A stretch of DNA of 27,186 bases from a virus: positions 67,128 to 94,313 of IMG/VR virus record IMGVR_UViG_3300031578_009495; one strand, written 5' to 3'. The position numbers and the translations under genes were made by a program. The notes beneath the pieces are model-generated. The model was not told the origin of the DNA, ran no database searches, and saw only the letters and a list, made by a program, of their open reading frames with translations. Shown piece by piece: positions 15,923-25,587 of this stretch. Numbering within the stretch: position 1 is the first letter of the stretch; every line of letters begins with the position of its first letter.

Positions 15923-16742
15923 AGACATAGTCAAAGCAAGAGAGGTGTTAATAGAAGAGTTAGAAAAAATTGATATGGATACAAAAAGAATTGCAGCTTT
16001 TGTTGAATTGTTTGAAAAATATCCACCAGACAATGAAGAATGTCCTATTTGTAAAGAAAAAACAATAGGGCACATATTTAATGATCATAAAGTTGAATGG
16101 GAATTAATATTATTTTGTAAGCCATGTAAATTAGAAGAATATAAAAAAACATTATACAAAGAAATAGATGTAAAAATGACGGACGTTGTTTCAAAAAGAT
16201 ATTGGGATGCAAAAATATCTGATTTTCCATCTATGTATAAAGATTTACATAAAAAAGAAGATGGTCTTTTCCTTTATGGCGCGAGGGGCGTTGGGAAAAC
16301 CCATCTAATGGCCGCCATCGCAAGAGAAATCATATTAAATACTAAACCACATCTATTGGAAGGATGTGGGCGCCCAGGGGAATATGTAAGCTCTGTAAAT
16401 ATTCCGGTTTTTATATCGACACCTGAATTATTAATACAGATAAGAAATTGCTTTAATAATAAAAATGCAGATGATGGAGTCACAGAAGAATGGCTTTTGG
16501 ATAAATATAGCAGAGCAGATGTCTTAATGCTTGACGATTTAGGGGCAGAAAAACCAACAGAATGGGTATTACAGACATTATATTTAATTATAGATAGAAG
16601 ATATCGAAACATGAAAAAAACCATAGTATCGTCCAATTATAGTCTAGGCCAAATTACAAAAAGACTTGATGATCGTATCAGTAGTAGAATTGCAGGGATG
16701 TGCCAGGTTATTCAAATGACGGGAAAAGATCGACGACTATAA
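15825..16742 (+). CDS. DnaC/IstB-like AAA+ helicase loader
   Basis: CPIC..CKPC Zn site, Walker A GARGVGKT, Walker B LMLDDLGAE, 'IIDRRY', 'SSN' and 'RISSRI'. Confidence 0.92.
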   Translation: MMQGLKVRMERMEHTRMAMINIQSLVEPYLQNKDIVKAREVLIEELEKIDMDTKRIAAFVELFEKYPPDNEECPICKEKTIGHIFNDHKVEWELILFCKPCKLEEYKKTLYKEIDVKMTDVVSKRYWDAKISDFPSMYKDLHKKEDGLFLYGARGVGKTHLMAAIAREIILNTKPHLLEGCGRPGEYVSSVNIPVFISTPELLIQIRNCFNNKNADDGVTEEWLLDKYSRADVLMLDDLGAEKPTEWVLQTLYLIIDRRYRNMKKTIVSSNYSLGQITKRLDDRISSRIAGMCQVIQMTGKDRRL

Positions 16743-17030
16743 ATCACAGATACCAAAAATAATAGCAAAAAACTCTTGACAAAATTAACAAAAAAGGAGA
16801 ATGATAGTAAATCTTTCATTAACAAATATTAACGATTTGGGCAAAAAATAAGGCCGATAACCAAGGTCTTAAAATTGATAGTTTAAGTTTTTATTAACCC
16901 CATAGCCGCCACACGATTGAAGGAGGCTTAAAAACGGACACCGGAGGCAAGCAGTCAGCTTGCTGTTGATAGTGTCAATAAAGTTGACTGTTAATGACTG
17001 TTAGCTTTTTACAATCGGTTAGAGATAACA

Positions 17031-17588
17031 ATGCAATTAAGATCACCATGCAGAAGATGTACGAGACGGAAAGCAGACAAAAATGATTGTGTTAAAGACT
17101 GCAATGCGATTGCACTTTACAATAGAAACAGCGAAGCAGAATATGATGAAGGGGGGATTATAGCAATGGAAAAGGAACTTAATAAACTTGCATTAGAACA
17201 CGTAAAAAGTATTGAAGATAAGCCAGAGGTTAAAGAGATAGAGATTAAAGAAAAAGTTCAATGCATTAATCCAATATGTGACGGTAATGCAATGGTCAGA
17301 AAGGGAACCGGAGAGCCCATAAATGGATATTGTCAGGCTTGTGTAAGAGCTGGCCTAAGTAAAAAGAAAAAAGGAACGAATGCAACAGAAACAGGAGGAA
17401 AGATTGTGAAAGAAGAGAAAAAGAAAGTTGTTAAATCAACGGATAAATCGAAAGAACTTGTATTGGATCTAACTGGCTACACACGCATAGAAGAGCTATT
17501 AACTGAAATGTCAGACAAGATGATGTTACCAAGAGAACATATCGTGGTAACTTTAATCGGAGAGGCGCTGGCGAGACGGGCAGATTGA
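17031..17588 (+). CDS. Hypothetical Cys-rich protein
   Basis: SPCRRC..C...C and CINPIC..CQAC clusters. Confidence 0.65.
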   Translation: MQLRSPCRRCTRRKADKNDCVKDCNAIALYNRNSEAEYDEGGIIAMEKELNKLALEHVKSIEDKPEVKEIEIKEKVQCINPICDGNAMVRKGTGEPINGYCQACVRAGLSKKKKGTNATETGGKIVKEEKKKVVKSTDKSKELVLDLTGYTRIEELLTEMSDKMMLPREHIVVTLIGEALARRAD

Positions 17589-17621
17589 TAAAAACATAAA
17601 GTGGCATGGGGGAGGGAAGGC

Positions 17622-18935
17622 ATGAAAAGAAAAGACCCAAAGTTAATTAGAGAGATTAAGGAGATTATAAATAATCCGGAACTTCATTTTTGGACAAAAT
17701 GCAAACATCTCACATTCATAGAGGCTTACAACCGGCCTGGCTCACAAGAAGGCGAGAAATTAATTACAGAGTTTTTTGAGACTTGTGCAGGAAAATATAA
17801 GAATCGTTTTGAGTCGGCATACGTCAGGCCATATCTTAATAACTGGCAGGATCGTGATGCTTATGATCATGTAAGGAAAGTTGACCTAAATAATGACTTG
17901 ACCACGAAGATAGGCAGGAATCCAAGGGGAATAAAAACAATCAGAAAACTTGGAAGCTCCGAACGATTTACAAATTATCTTAGGCATAAATATCCGGATG
18001 CATTTGAGGAGTTCGAGGAAATAAAAAAAGTGCAATATCCATATTGTGCTGGAATGGCAAAAACAAGTGACCGTGCATGGCAACACATTTTCCATCGAGT
18101 AAGACGAAATTATTATCCTATACATGGACATGAAAGATCATTTTTTCAAACCACAAAGGAGCGACAAAAAGAAAGACGAAAATTAGACTTGGCTATGGAG
18201 AAGACGCAAGCAGATTATGACAAACTGAAAAAAGCATCGAAGTTGCCTCCACGGTACACATACAATGAAGTTTCATTGGCTGAACTGCAACAGAATCATG
18301 CAAATCATACATACGCAATATTTAATGGCCATTATATAACTACAGAGACAGTGCTACATTACGACAGCTCACGAGTTATTTATGGCCTTGGGCATCTGAA
18401 ACGCACAGACAGGACGATCTTAATTAGGAACAGAAGAGGCATTACATTCTCAAAGACTTTGAAATCCTATGCCGGCAATTTTGTTTTAAATGCGATAGAG
18501 GAACGTTTTGGTATGGTCAACAATGTAAAAACTTTATCAGAATTAAAGCCTGTGCAGCTTAACCCAAAAATGGAAGTAGTTGAAATAGCAAAGAGTAAAG
18601 GCTTCAGGGTGTTTAGGCGCATGTTTTCTGGAACGCATTATGACTATTGTGTATTAAAAGGCAAGATAACTTATCATGGCTCTACAATCGAAACATGCAT
18701 TGCAGGATGGAAAAAGAAAAAAGTCCTTTCAAAAACCGGTGCAAAAATTATTGACATGAAGGCTTGCAGAGATCTTGGATTTTGTTTGGATGGTGTGAAG
18801 GAATTTTGTTCTCTAAACAGTCTTGATAGTCACGAAAAATATACGGTTGAAGAGTTGAAAGGGATAGTGAAAAGAAACTTGTCTTATAATCAAGAATATT
18901 ATGGACGTGAACTGAAACAGATCGGAGTTTTGTGA
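17622..18935 (+). CDS. Hypothetical protein (about 437 aa)
   Basis: Long ORF (track start 17601; ATG 17622 follows GGAGGG). C-terminal CRDLGFC.DG..EFC motif; family not recognised. Confidence 0.7.
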   Translation: MKRKDPKLIREIKEIINNPELHFWTKCKHLTFIEAYNRPGSQEGEKLITEFFETCAGKYKNRFESAYVRPYLNNWQDRDAYDHVRKVDLNNDLTTKIGRNPRGIKTIRKLGSSERFTNYLRHKYPDAFEEFEEIKKVQYPYCAGMAKTSDRAWQHIFHRVRRNYYPIHGHERSFFQTTKERQKERRKLDLAMEKTQADYDKLKKASKLPPRYTYNEVSLAELQQNHANHTYAIFNGHYITTETVLHYDSSRVIYGLGHLKRTDRTILIRNRRGITFSKTLKSYAGNFVLNAIEERFGMVNNVKTLSELKPVQLNPKMEVVEIAKSKGFRVFRRMFSGTHYDYCVLKGKITYHGSTIETCIAGWKKKKVLSKTGAKIIDMKACRDLGFCLDGVKEFCSLNSLDSHEKYTVEELKGIVKRNLSYNQEYYGRELKQIGVL

Positions 18936-18955
18936 TAGTGTGACGGTGTGGCTTA

Positions 18956-19324
18956 ATGGAAAAAGAATATCTAATAGACCCTGTGGCGAAACCAAGGCAA
19001 ACGCAAAGAGATCGTTGGCAAAAAAGAACCTGTGTAATGAAGTATAGAGACTTCGCGGATAAGTGCAGAGCGTTAAAAATATATGTTCCGGAAGCCGGTG
19101 CGCATGTTACGTTCATCCTGCCCATGCCAGCATCATGGTCTAAGAAAAAGAAGGTTGCGATGGACGGGCAACCACATCAGCAACGGAAAGATATCGATAA
19201 CCTCATAAAGAGTCTTTTGGATGCTTTATACCATGACGATTCCTGTGTTTGGGATATAAGAGCAACGAAGATATGGGGCAGAATAGGCAAAATAATCATA
19301 AACGAAGGAGACTTAAACAAATGA
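18956..19324 (+). CDS. rusA: RusA-family Holliday junction resolvase
   Basis: KPRQTQ, F.LPMP.SWSKKKK and H.Q.KDIDNLIKSLLDAL..DD. Confidence 0.9.
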   Translation: MEKEYLIDPVAKPRQTQRDRWQKRTCVMKYRDFADKCRALKIYVPEAGAHVTFILPMPASWSKKKKVAMDGQPHQQRKDIDNLIKSLLDALYHDDSCVWDIRATKIWGRIGKIIINEGDLNK

Positions 19325-20091
19325 CAGAAATGGTAGAAGATAACAGCGAAATGGTTCCAGAAGCAGTTGAAGAAGAAGAGAAACAGGGGACTATTTGGTG
19401 CCCGAACAAGGGTCATCAGAAAAATACAGGAGTCTGTAAGGAATGCGAAAGCAGACTTGAATGTGTGCCATATTGCGAATTTAGAGGAATAGACAGACAC
19501 GGAGTTGCAGAGGCATTGGATGTAGAGATATCGCGGCTTAAAACGTCAGTTTTTGATACATATTATGAACTTGGCCAGACACTTAGAAAGATCAGAGATG
19601 GAGCTTTCTATAAGGAGCTTGGGTATGGTTCACTTGACGACTATGCTGACAAAAAGCATGGCTTTCGTTATAGGAAAGCTGCATATTTAATAGCGATTAT
19701 TGAAAATTGTGAAGCAGCCGGAATTCCAAAGGAGGACGTCAGAGGCATCGACTGGTCGAAAATGAAGGAAATAATACCTACACTAACTGAAGAGAATAGA
19801 GCCGAATGGCTAAAAAAGGCAGCTACTTTGAGCGTTAAAGATCTTCATGAGGAAGTGAAAAAAAGTATGGGCGAGGAACCTGGGGAGAAAAAGATCTCAA
19901 TAGTATTCGCATTATCGAAAGAGCAGAAGGATTTGGTTGATAGTGCACTTGAAATAGCCGCAAAACTTTCTGGCAGTAGCGTTAAATCATTTCATTTAGA
20001 AATATTAGCGCAAGAATTTTTAGCTACTTACAATGACAATGATTCTTCAGCGGAACGATTCAAAAACGCACACGGAGGAGGTGGAGAATAA
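19321..20091 (+). CDS. Hypothetical phage protein (DUF3102-like helical region)
   Basis: SD AAGGAG before ATG 19321. N-terminal Cys cluster, then 'ELG..L..IRD..FYKELGY.S..DY'. Confidence 0.6.
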   Translation: MTEMVEDNSEMVPEAVEEEEKQGTIWCPNKGHQKNTGVCKECESRLECVPYCEFRGIDRHGVAEALDVEISRLKTSVFDTYYELGQTLRKIRDGAFYKELGYGSLDDYADKKHGFRYRKAAYLIAIIENCEAAGIPKEDVRGIDWSKMKEIIPTLTEENRAEWLKKAATLSVKDLHEEVKKSMGEEPGEKKISIVFALSKEQKDLVDSALEIAAKLSGSSVKSFHLEILAQEFLATYNDNDSSAERFKNAHGGGGE

Positions 20092-20093
20092 AG

Positions 20094-20291
20094 ATGGCCA
20101 AGAAAATAAACATCCTGGCAAGATATAGACTTGAAAAGATTGTGTCAGAGCTTAAGGAAATTCAGGAAGATTCGAAGTTGAATAAAATAGACACATGGAA
20201 TTTGGGCCAAGCTATTGGAACAATTGAACAGATATTATGGGTACAGGCCAAGGGCGATAAAAAAGATGATATATTTCCGACCGTGCCCTAA
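20094..20291 (+). CDS. Hypothetical protein (65 aa)
   Basis: SD GGAG; fits the operon spacing. Confidence 0.6.
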   Translation: MAKKINILARYRLEKIVSELKEIQEDSKLNKIDTWNLGQAIGTIEQILWVQAKGDKKDDIFPTVP

Positions 20292-20541
20292 AAAAGGTGA
20301 AGTAAGACTTAAAAAAAGGGCTTATGGAAAATTCAGAAACGAGGTTTTTGAACGAGATAACTGGACGTGCCGGAACCCTAATTGTAAGTCGAAAAGAAAT
20401 CTCACTATTCACCATCGTATACTTAGGAGCAAGCAAAGGCTTGATACATATGAAAATACAATGACTTTGTGTGCGTTTTGTCATACATTAGTTACAGATG
20501 GTAAGCTGGATGAAAAGACATGGATAAAACGAGGGAATTGA
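20266..20541 (+). CDS. HNH endonuclease
   Basis: VFERDNWTCRNPNC...LTIHH......N..TLC.FCH. The start is probably ATG 20266. Confidence 0.85.
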   Translation: MIYFRPCPKKGEVRLKKRAYGKFRNEVFERDNWTCRNPNCKSKRNLTIHHRILRSKQRLDTYENTMTLCAFCHTLVTDGKLDEKTWIKRGN

Positions 20542-20957
20542 AAATTGTAGAAAGTGACCCAACAGGCAGATCGGTAAAGGAAAGTGATATGAATAATTTT
20601 GATAGGATAGGTGACTGGGAAAAATTCAATCAACACATGAAAAAATATATTGAAATCCCTGCCAAAAAATATGGTTCAGAATTTAAGTTTAACGATTTAT
20701 GCCACTACACAGGTTTGCGTATATCGACTTGGAATATATTGAAGTATGCACTTAGGCTATGGAGTGGTTGTGGTAAAGAGCATGATTTTGAGAAAATAGC
20801 CCATTATTCACAAATGGCATGGACTTTAAAAGAACAACAAGGAAGAGTAGCCCCATTTTTTAATGATGATGTAGAGGGCGATTATGTTGTTGTTAGAAAA
20901 AATAGTTCCAATGGAATTGATATTAAGAGAAAAGAGGTGAACTACCCACTACCCTAA
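20520..20957 (+). CDS. Hypothetical protein; 3' end runs into an IS end remnant
   Basis: 'NILKYALR...G.GKEHDFEKIAHY' is reminiscent of DUF3310-type phage proteins. The start is uncertain. Confidence 0.6.
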   Translation: MDKTRELKIVESDPTGRSVKESDMNNFDRIGDWEKFNQHMKKYIEIPAKKYGSEFKFNDLCHYTGLRISTWNILKYALRLWSGCGKEHDFEKIAHYSQMAWTLKEQQGRVAPFFNDDVEGDYVVVRKNSSNGIDIKRKEVNYPLP

Positions 20958-20985
20958 AGGGATAGCGGTTTTACACCCAAGGATT
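20937..20985 (+). mobile_element. Second IS200/IS605-family end-hairpin remnant
   Basis: GTGAACTACCCACTACCCTAAAGGGATAGCGGTTTTACACCCAAGGATT followed by ATAAA; hairpin centred on CTAAAG. Confidence 0.55.
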
Positions 20986-21014
20986 ATAAATCATTATTGA
21001 ATTAATGAAAAGAC

Positions 21015-21704
21015 ATGGAAGATAAAGATAACAAAAAACAACCAGAAACAGTGTTAGCAAAACAGGTAGTTGATTGGTTGACAGACCAAAAGTGGGATGT
21101 TTATCAGGAAGTACAAATAAGATCGTACGGGCCTGTTGCGGATATAGTTGCTGTTTTTGGAAACCTTGTTTGGGTTATTGAATGTAAAAAATCATTATCG
21201 CTAAAAGTTATGGAGCAAGCATATCGCTGGAGAAGATATGCTAATTTCACTTCAATTGCTGTTGAGAAAAAGAAAGGCCAAGCGGGTAGTTTTTTTGCTG
21301 AACAGGTGCTTCGTAAGTTCGAAATAGGCATGTTGGTAGTAAATACTAAACCAAAGGCTAATTCTGTTTTGGAAATATTACAGGCCCCTCTGAACAGAAA
21401 AGCGACAACTATTATGATTAAAGAAAGATTACTATCGGCACATAAGACGTTTGCTGTCGCTGGAAACTCAGAAGGCAAAAGATGGACACCCTTTCAACAG
21501 ACAAGTCAAAACATTTTACATGAAGTAAAGAAGCATCCTGGAATTACAATGACAGAGTTAATGAATAAAATAGTTCACCATTATGGGGCTACATCTACGG
21601 CCAGATCGTGCATTTCACAGTGGGCTCAAAAAGGCATGATAAAAGGAGTATGTGTTCAACGTGACGGACGCATAATAAAGTTATATCCAACGGAGCAAAA
21701 ATAA
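21015..21704 (+). CDS. PD-(D/E)XK nuclease-like protein with a C-terminal winged helix
   Basis: E..LA, VYQEV, ADIVA, VIECK and QA motifs; C-terminal HPGIT..EL wHTH-like region. Confidence 0.7.
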   Translation: MEDKDNKKQPETVLAKQVVDWLTDQKWDVYQEVQIRSYGPVADIVAVFGNLVWVIECKKSLSLKVMEQAYRWRRYANFTSIAVEKKKGQAGSFFAEQVLRKFEIGMLVVNTKPKANSVLEILQAPLNRKATTIMIKERLLSAHKTFAVAGNSEGKRWTPFQQTSQNILHEVKKHPGITMTELMNKIVHHYGATSTARSCISQWAQKGMIKGVCVQRDGRIIKLYPTEQK

Positions 21705-21736
21705 ATGTAACTGCCGGAAATAATTGTAAAAAACAC

Positions 21737-21765
21737 TTGACAAAATAACTCCTACGTGCTACGTT
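21737..21765 (+). promoter_or_regulatory. Sigma70-type promoter with extended -10
   Basis: TTGACA(21737-21742), 17-nt spacer, TGc-TACGTT(21760-21765). AGGAGG SD downstream. Confidence 0.65.
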
Positions 21766-21807
21766 ATTTCTATAAATCAAATAACCCACAAACAGGAGGC
21801 GTCAAAA

Positions 21808-22656
21808 ATGCAGTTAAAATTTGGAATGACAGAAAAAGAAATCAAAGAGGCAAAAATGAAAGAAAATATAGAGAAAGAAAAAGTAACTACAACGAAAAAA
21901 TACACTGAATTTGGATATGATCAGAAAGATGTAATGAGCGCCCTTATAAAAGAAATGCGCCTTGGAAATCTTGAAGAGGCAATGTATTGGGGCGTGGTCA
22001 TGGCAGAGGCTGGAGATGCTTGGAACCTATGTAGGAGGCTCCTTATATTTTCATTCGAAGATGGATTTGGAGAGAAAGTACAAATTTATAGCACAGCGTG
22101 TTGGCAGGCATATCAAGCAATAAGAGATGATAATATTTGGTTTGCATGGATTGAAAGACTTTGTAAGGCGACGAAATTCTGGGAGGTACCGGAAGGAGAA
22201 AAAAGGGAAGCAGCGTTCGATAAAGTAGATAAAGAGTTTAAAGAAGGAAAGAGAAGACCAATCCCTGATTATGCAAAAGATGGTCACTGTAGAGCCGGAT
22301 ACCAGATGAAGAAAGAAAAGGGCTATATGGACAACAGGTTTTCCGGAAATGCATACGGAAGGTGGAATATGATTCGGATGCAAAAGAGGCTTGGAAGGCT
22401 TGATCCAAACGACAAGGAATCTACAGCGGCATTAGAAAGTTATGGAAAAAGAAGCCAGTGGGAGCCAAAGTTTAAGATTACGCCGGAAGGAAATTATATG
22501 GTAGAATCGCAAACTGGAAATGGCCATTTCTATGAAGTTTCTGCAGATCTTACAACATGCCAGTGCCCCCACTTTCTAAGACGACTTGCCGATACTGGGA
22601 AAAAATGTAAACACATGATGCAGCTTGAGGATCATTTAAAGAAAGAGGAAACTTAA
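21808..22656 (+). CDS. RarA/MgsA C-terminal-like domain fused to a SWIM zinc finger (no AAA+ module)
   Basis: SALIKEMR.G..EEAMYW...RRLLIFSFEDG and IPDYAKD.H; C-terminal CQCPHF......KKCKH. Confidence 0.75.
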   Translation: MQLKFGMTEKEIKEAKMKENIEKEKVTTTKKYTEFGYDQKDVMSALIKEMRLGNLEEAMYWGVVMAEAGDAWNLCRRLLIFSFEDGFGEKVQIYSTACWQAYQAIRDDNIWFAWIERLCKATKFWEVPEGEKREAAFDKVDKEFKEGKRRPIPDYAKDGHCRAGYQMKKEKGYMDNRFSGNAYGRWNMIRMQKRLGRLDPNDKESTAALESYGKRSQWEPKFKITPEGNYMVESQTGNGHFYEVSADLTTCQCPHFLRRLADTGKKCKHMMQLEDHLKKEET

Positions 22657-22680
22657 AAAAGCTGAAGGAAACGACGGTAG

Positions 22681-22901
22681 CACATAGTAAATCTTTTATT
22701 AATAAACGTTAATAAAAATCCTGAATTAGTAAGTCGTCTGCATACAGTTAAGACGTAAAATTTGACTGAGACTATCGGGAGAGACCGATGTTAGAAATAG
22801 ATAGTGGTAGGAACGAGCGCCTATGGTGTTATTACATAGGCTTTGGGAGATCCCCCCATGCGAAAGCATGCAGTTAACTTTTGTTAAGAAAAAAGGATCG
22901 G
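22681..22901 (+). ncRNA. Candidate structured ncRNA, copy 2
   Basis: Homologous to 7307-7518 with covarying stems. Confidence 0.7.
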
Positions 22902-22947
22902 AACAATTCCTTTCTGATAAATCCTAAACGGTAATGGTAACTATGAG

Positions 22948-23154
22948 ATGCAAGAATCGATAGAGGTAATGGAAAGCAAGATAAAAGTTTTTAACGAAAA
23001 ACATCCAGTTGGATCTAACGTTACAGTAATAAAAGATCTTGGGGAGACATTTGAAACGACAGTTAGATTTCCAGCGGCTATTTTAAGCGGCCATACGGCA
23101 GTAGTATGGCTGAGGGGTATTTCAGGAGCTTATGTTTTAAATAGGGTGATATAG
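22948..23154 (+). CDS. Hypothetical phage protein (68 aa)
   Basis: FN.KHPVG..V and A.ILSGHTAVVWL.G.SG motifs; directly upstream of the purD-like gene. Confidence 0.65.
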   Translation: MQESIEVMESKIKVFNEKHPVGSNVTVIKDLGETFETTVRFPAAILSGHTAVVWLRGISGAYVLNRVI

Positions 23155-23155
23155 C

Positions 23156-24376
23156 ATGAATATAGCTCTTGTTGGAAACGATGGAAGGGCGAATGCATTG
23201 AAGTGGCATTTTGAGAGATATGGACATACAGTATCTATGGTTACCGGAATTCCCAACTCTTCTTTAAGCCAGGTTATCTATGAATGGAAGCCTTTTGATT
23301 TAATAATACTGACAAAGATTGAAGACTCTGCAAATGGATTGCAGAATGACTTGGTAAATATGTTTGGTTCCGGGAAAGTTTTTGCCTGCAATATGGATGC
23401 GTCAAGATTTGAAACAGATAAAGCCTATGGGATTAAGGTAGCTCGTGAATATGGACTTTCGGTGCCAAAAACCATCGATACAGACAACATCCAACTCATT
23501 AAAGATAAAATTCCAGGAGACAGGTATGTTATTAAAAAGCAAGGGCTGGCCTGTGGACAGGGAGTTAAGATAGTTCATGGCACAGATGAGTTAAGAATGA
23601 TTATGTCGATGTGGTCACAGATTAGTAACGACAGCATACTTGTACAGGAATACAAGGAAGGGATAGAGATTTCTGGGCGTGTTTTGTGTCAGCAAGGGAA
23701 TATAATTCCATTATGGATGACAATGGAACACAAGATGGCGTATAATGATTCAAGAGGCCCGTGTACGGCCGAAATGGGGACAGTAATTCTTGCAGGTGTT
23801 GGGAAGCCAATTTTAAATGAAATAAAGAAACTTGAACCATGGTTGAGAGAAGTAAACTATACCGGAATGATTGATATCAACTTTATAATGGATACAAAAG
23901 GAAGGTTATGGTTTATTGAGCCTACTTGTAGATGGGGAGATCCGGAAACAGAAATAGCACTTCCAATGCTTAGATGTGACTTTGCAGAAATAATACTGAA
24001 AGCATGTAGAGGAGAAGTACTTGAAAGCGACATCACTTTTATCAATAAAACTGCCATTGGTGTAGTGATAGCTGGCGGGGGATATCCGTACAAAGATGTT
24101 TGTTTGCAGGGAATGCCAATCGAATTCCCACAAGATGCTTATCCTTATGTATTCCAAATGGGCACTGAAAAGATATCTGGCGAGATAGTAACAAAAGGTG
24201 GCAGGCACCTTGTTGTTGTTGGAACCGGACAATCTGTATATCAAGCAAGGAGTGATGTATATAGAATGGTTAGATCAAACCGCTGGTTCTTAGATGCATG
24301 GTATAGGACAGATATCGGAGATAAATGGGAGAAACAGTTACCTTTCTTGTTGAAAAAAGGAGTTATTGAATTATGA
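23156..24376 (+). CDS. purD: Divergent phosphoribosylamine-glycine ligase-like ATP-grasp enzyme
   Basis: KKQGLACGQGV, QEYKEGIEIS, EHK...GPCTAEMG, E...RWGDPE, GGYP, GGR and YRTDIG correspond to PurD motifs. Confidence 0.8.
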   Translation: MNIALVGNDGRANALKWHFERYGHTVSMVTGIPNSSLSQVIYEWKPFDLIILTKIEDSANGLQNDLVNMFGSGKVFACNMDASRFETDKAYGIKVAREYGLSVPKTIDTDNIQLIKDKIPGDRYVIKKQGLACGQGVKIVHGTDELRMIMSMWSQISNDSILVQEYKEGIEISGRVLCQQGNIIPLWMTMEHKMAYNDSRGPCTAEMGTVILAGVGKPILNEIKKLEPWLREVNYTGMIDINFIMDTKGRLWFIEPTCRWGDPETEIALPMLRCDFAEIILKACRGEVLESDITFINKTAIGVVIAGGGYPYKDVCLQGMPIEFPQDAYPYVFQMGTEKISGEIVTKGGRHLVVVGTGQSVYQARSDVYRMVRSNRWFLDAWYRTDIGDKWEKQLPFLLKKGVIEL

Positions 24377-24705
24377 TATCGTTACACAGATTAATACCAG
24401 ATAACGAACTTCCAGCACCCTTAAAAATGAAACTTGTATTTGGAGATAGAGACCAAATCAAATCACTGGAAGCGCTGGAAGATAGAATAAATACACAGGA
24501 AACGGAAAAAGCCAAAGTAGCAAATGGCGAACTTAGGTATTTTGAGGTAGTTGTTGATTACAGCGGGACAGACTACATTAAGGTTTTGGCCATTGATGCT
24601 GGTGATGCAGAAGAAAAGGCACGAGAAATGGTTAATTTTGATGATGTAGGGATAGACTCTGCCCGAGCCAGAGAGATAAAGAATGGAGGTAGTAACTGCT
24701 TATGA
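24373..24705 (+). CDS. Hypothetical protein (110 aa)
   Basis: ATGA overlap with the purD-like stop. Confidence 0.65.
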   Translation: MISLHRLIPDNELPAPLKMKLVFGDRDQIKSLEALEDRINTQETEKAKVANGELRYFEVVVDYSGTDYIKVLAIDAGDAEEKAREMVNFDDVGIDSARAREIKNGGSNCL

Positions 24706-24766
24706 AAATCCGACAAAATCATAATAAAACCATTAAAATCACTTGCTTTCTAACCAGAAATGTAGC

Positions 24767-24795
24767 TTGACTTTTTACATATATTGTAGTAATAT
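24767..24795 (+). promoter_or_regulatory. Sigma70-type promoter, probably giving a leaderless HNH mRNA
   Basis: TTGACT(24767-24772), 17-nt spacer, TAATAT(24790-24795). ATG at 24802 with no SD. Confidence 0.5.
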
Positions 24796-25407
24796 ATGAA
24801 TATGAAAAAGAAATGTTCAAAATGTGGAATTGAAAAAGAAGCTTCTGCCTTTCACAAAGACAAAAGGTGTAAGGATGGACTGTATTCCCACTGTAAAGAG
24901 TGTGCAAGGCAATACAATAGAGATTACGCCAAAAACAATAGAGAACGGCTTAAAGAACATCAACAAAAGTGGAGAGAACGAAACAAAGAAAAGATAAAAA
25001 GATGGAACATTGATTTCAAAGAAGCAAACAAAGACCTGATAGCAGATTACAACAGGGCTTACCAGTTAGAAAGATACCATAAAACCCCAAAGGTAAAAGT
25101 GCATAACAGTGTTGGGTGTTTGATTAGGGTTGCATTACACGGCAAGAAGGCTGGCAATAAACTGGAAGATTTATTGGGTTATACAATTGAAGATTTAATG
25201 AGTCATCTTGAAAACCAGTTTGATGAAAACATGACATGGGAAAATTACGGAGATTATTGGCATATTGACCATATCAAACCACAAAGCTTGTTTGAATTTG
25301 AATCTGTTGAAGATGACGAGTTCAAGAAATGTTGGGCGTTGGAAAACCTTCAACCACTTTCAGCAAAAGAAAACCGGGAAAAGAGTAATAAATACCCTTA
25401 TAAATAG
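24796..25407 (+). CDS. HNH homing-type endonuclease
   Basis: N-terminal CSKC..CKEC, 'HLE.QF..NMTWENYG..WHIDHIKP' and 'W.LENLQPL...EN..K'. Confidence 0.88.
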   Translation: MNMKKKCSKCGIEKEASAFHKDKRCKDGLYSHCKECARQYNRDYAKNNRERLKEHQQKWRERNKEKIKRWNIDFKEANKDLIADYNRAYQLERYHKTPKVKVHNSVGCLIRVALHGKKAGNKLEDLLGYTIEDLMSHLENQFDENMTWENYGDYWHIDHIKPQSLFEFESVEDDEFKKCWALENLQPLSAKENREKSNKYPYK

Positions 25408-25416
25408 GAGTGAAAG

Positions 25417-25587
25417 ATGAAAATAATCAAAGTGACTAAAGAGTATTACGAGACAGAGGACGAGAAGGTTTATTTCTTCGAGCCTTTGGAAAAAGAAATA
25501 TCCGTTAAGGATATGCAGAGGATTATCAATGTAAATGAAAAATTAGTTGGGAGAATTAAAAATGGGAAAAGCCTTAATAGCATGTGA
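25417..25587 (+). CDS. Small hypothetical protein (56 aa, MKIIKVTKEYYETED...)
   Basis: SD AGGAG and an open frame overlapping the next gene's start. Confidence 0.6.
   Translation: MKIIKVTKEYYETEDEKVYFFEPLEKEISVKDMQRIINVNEKLVGRIKNGKSLNSM

Noticed and set aside
16745-17030. Non-coding stretch with TTGACA(16776), a GCAAGC/GCTTGC hairpin and GACTGTTA twice
   Set aside because: No good -10 at 17 nt, and the structures are short with no second copy to support them.
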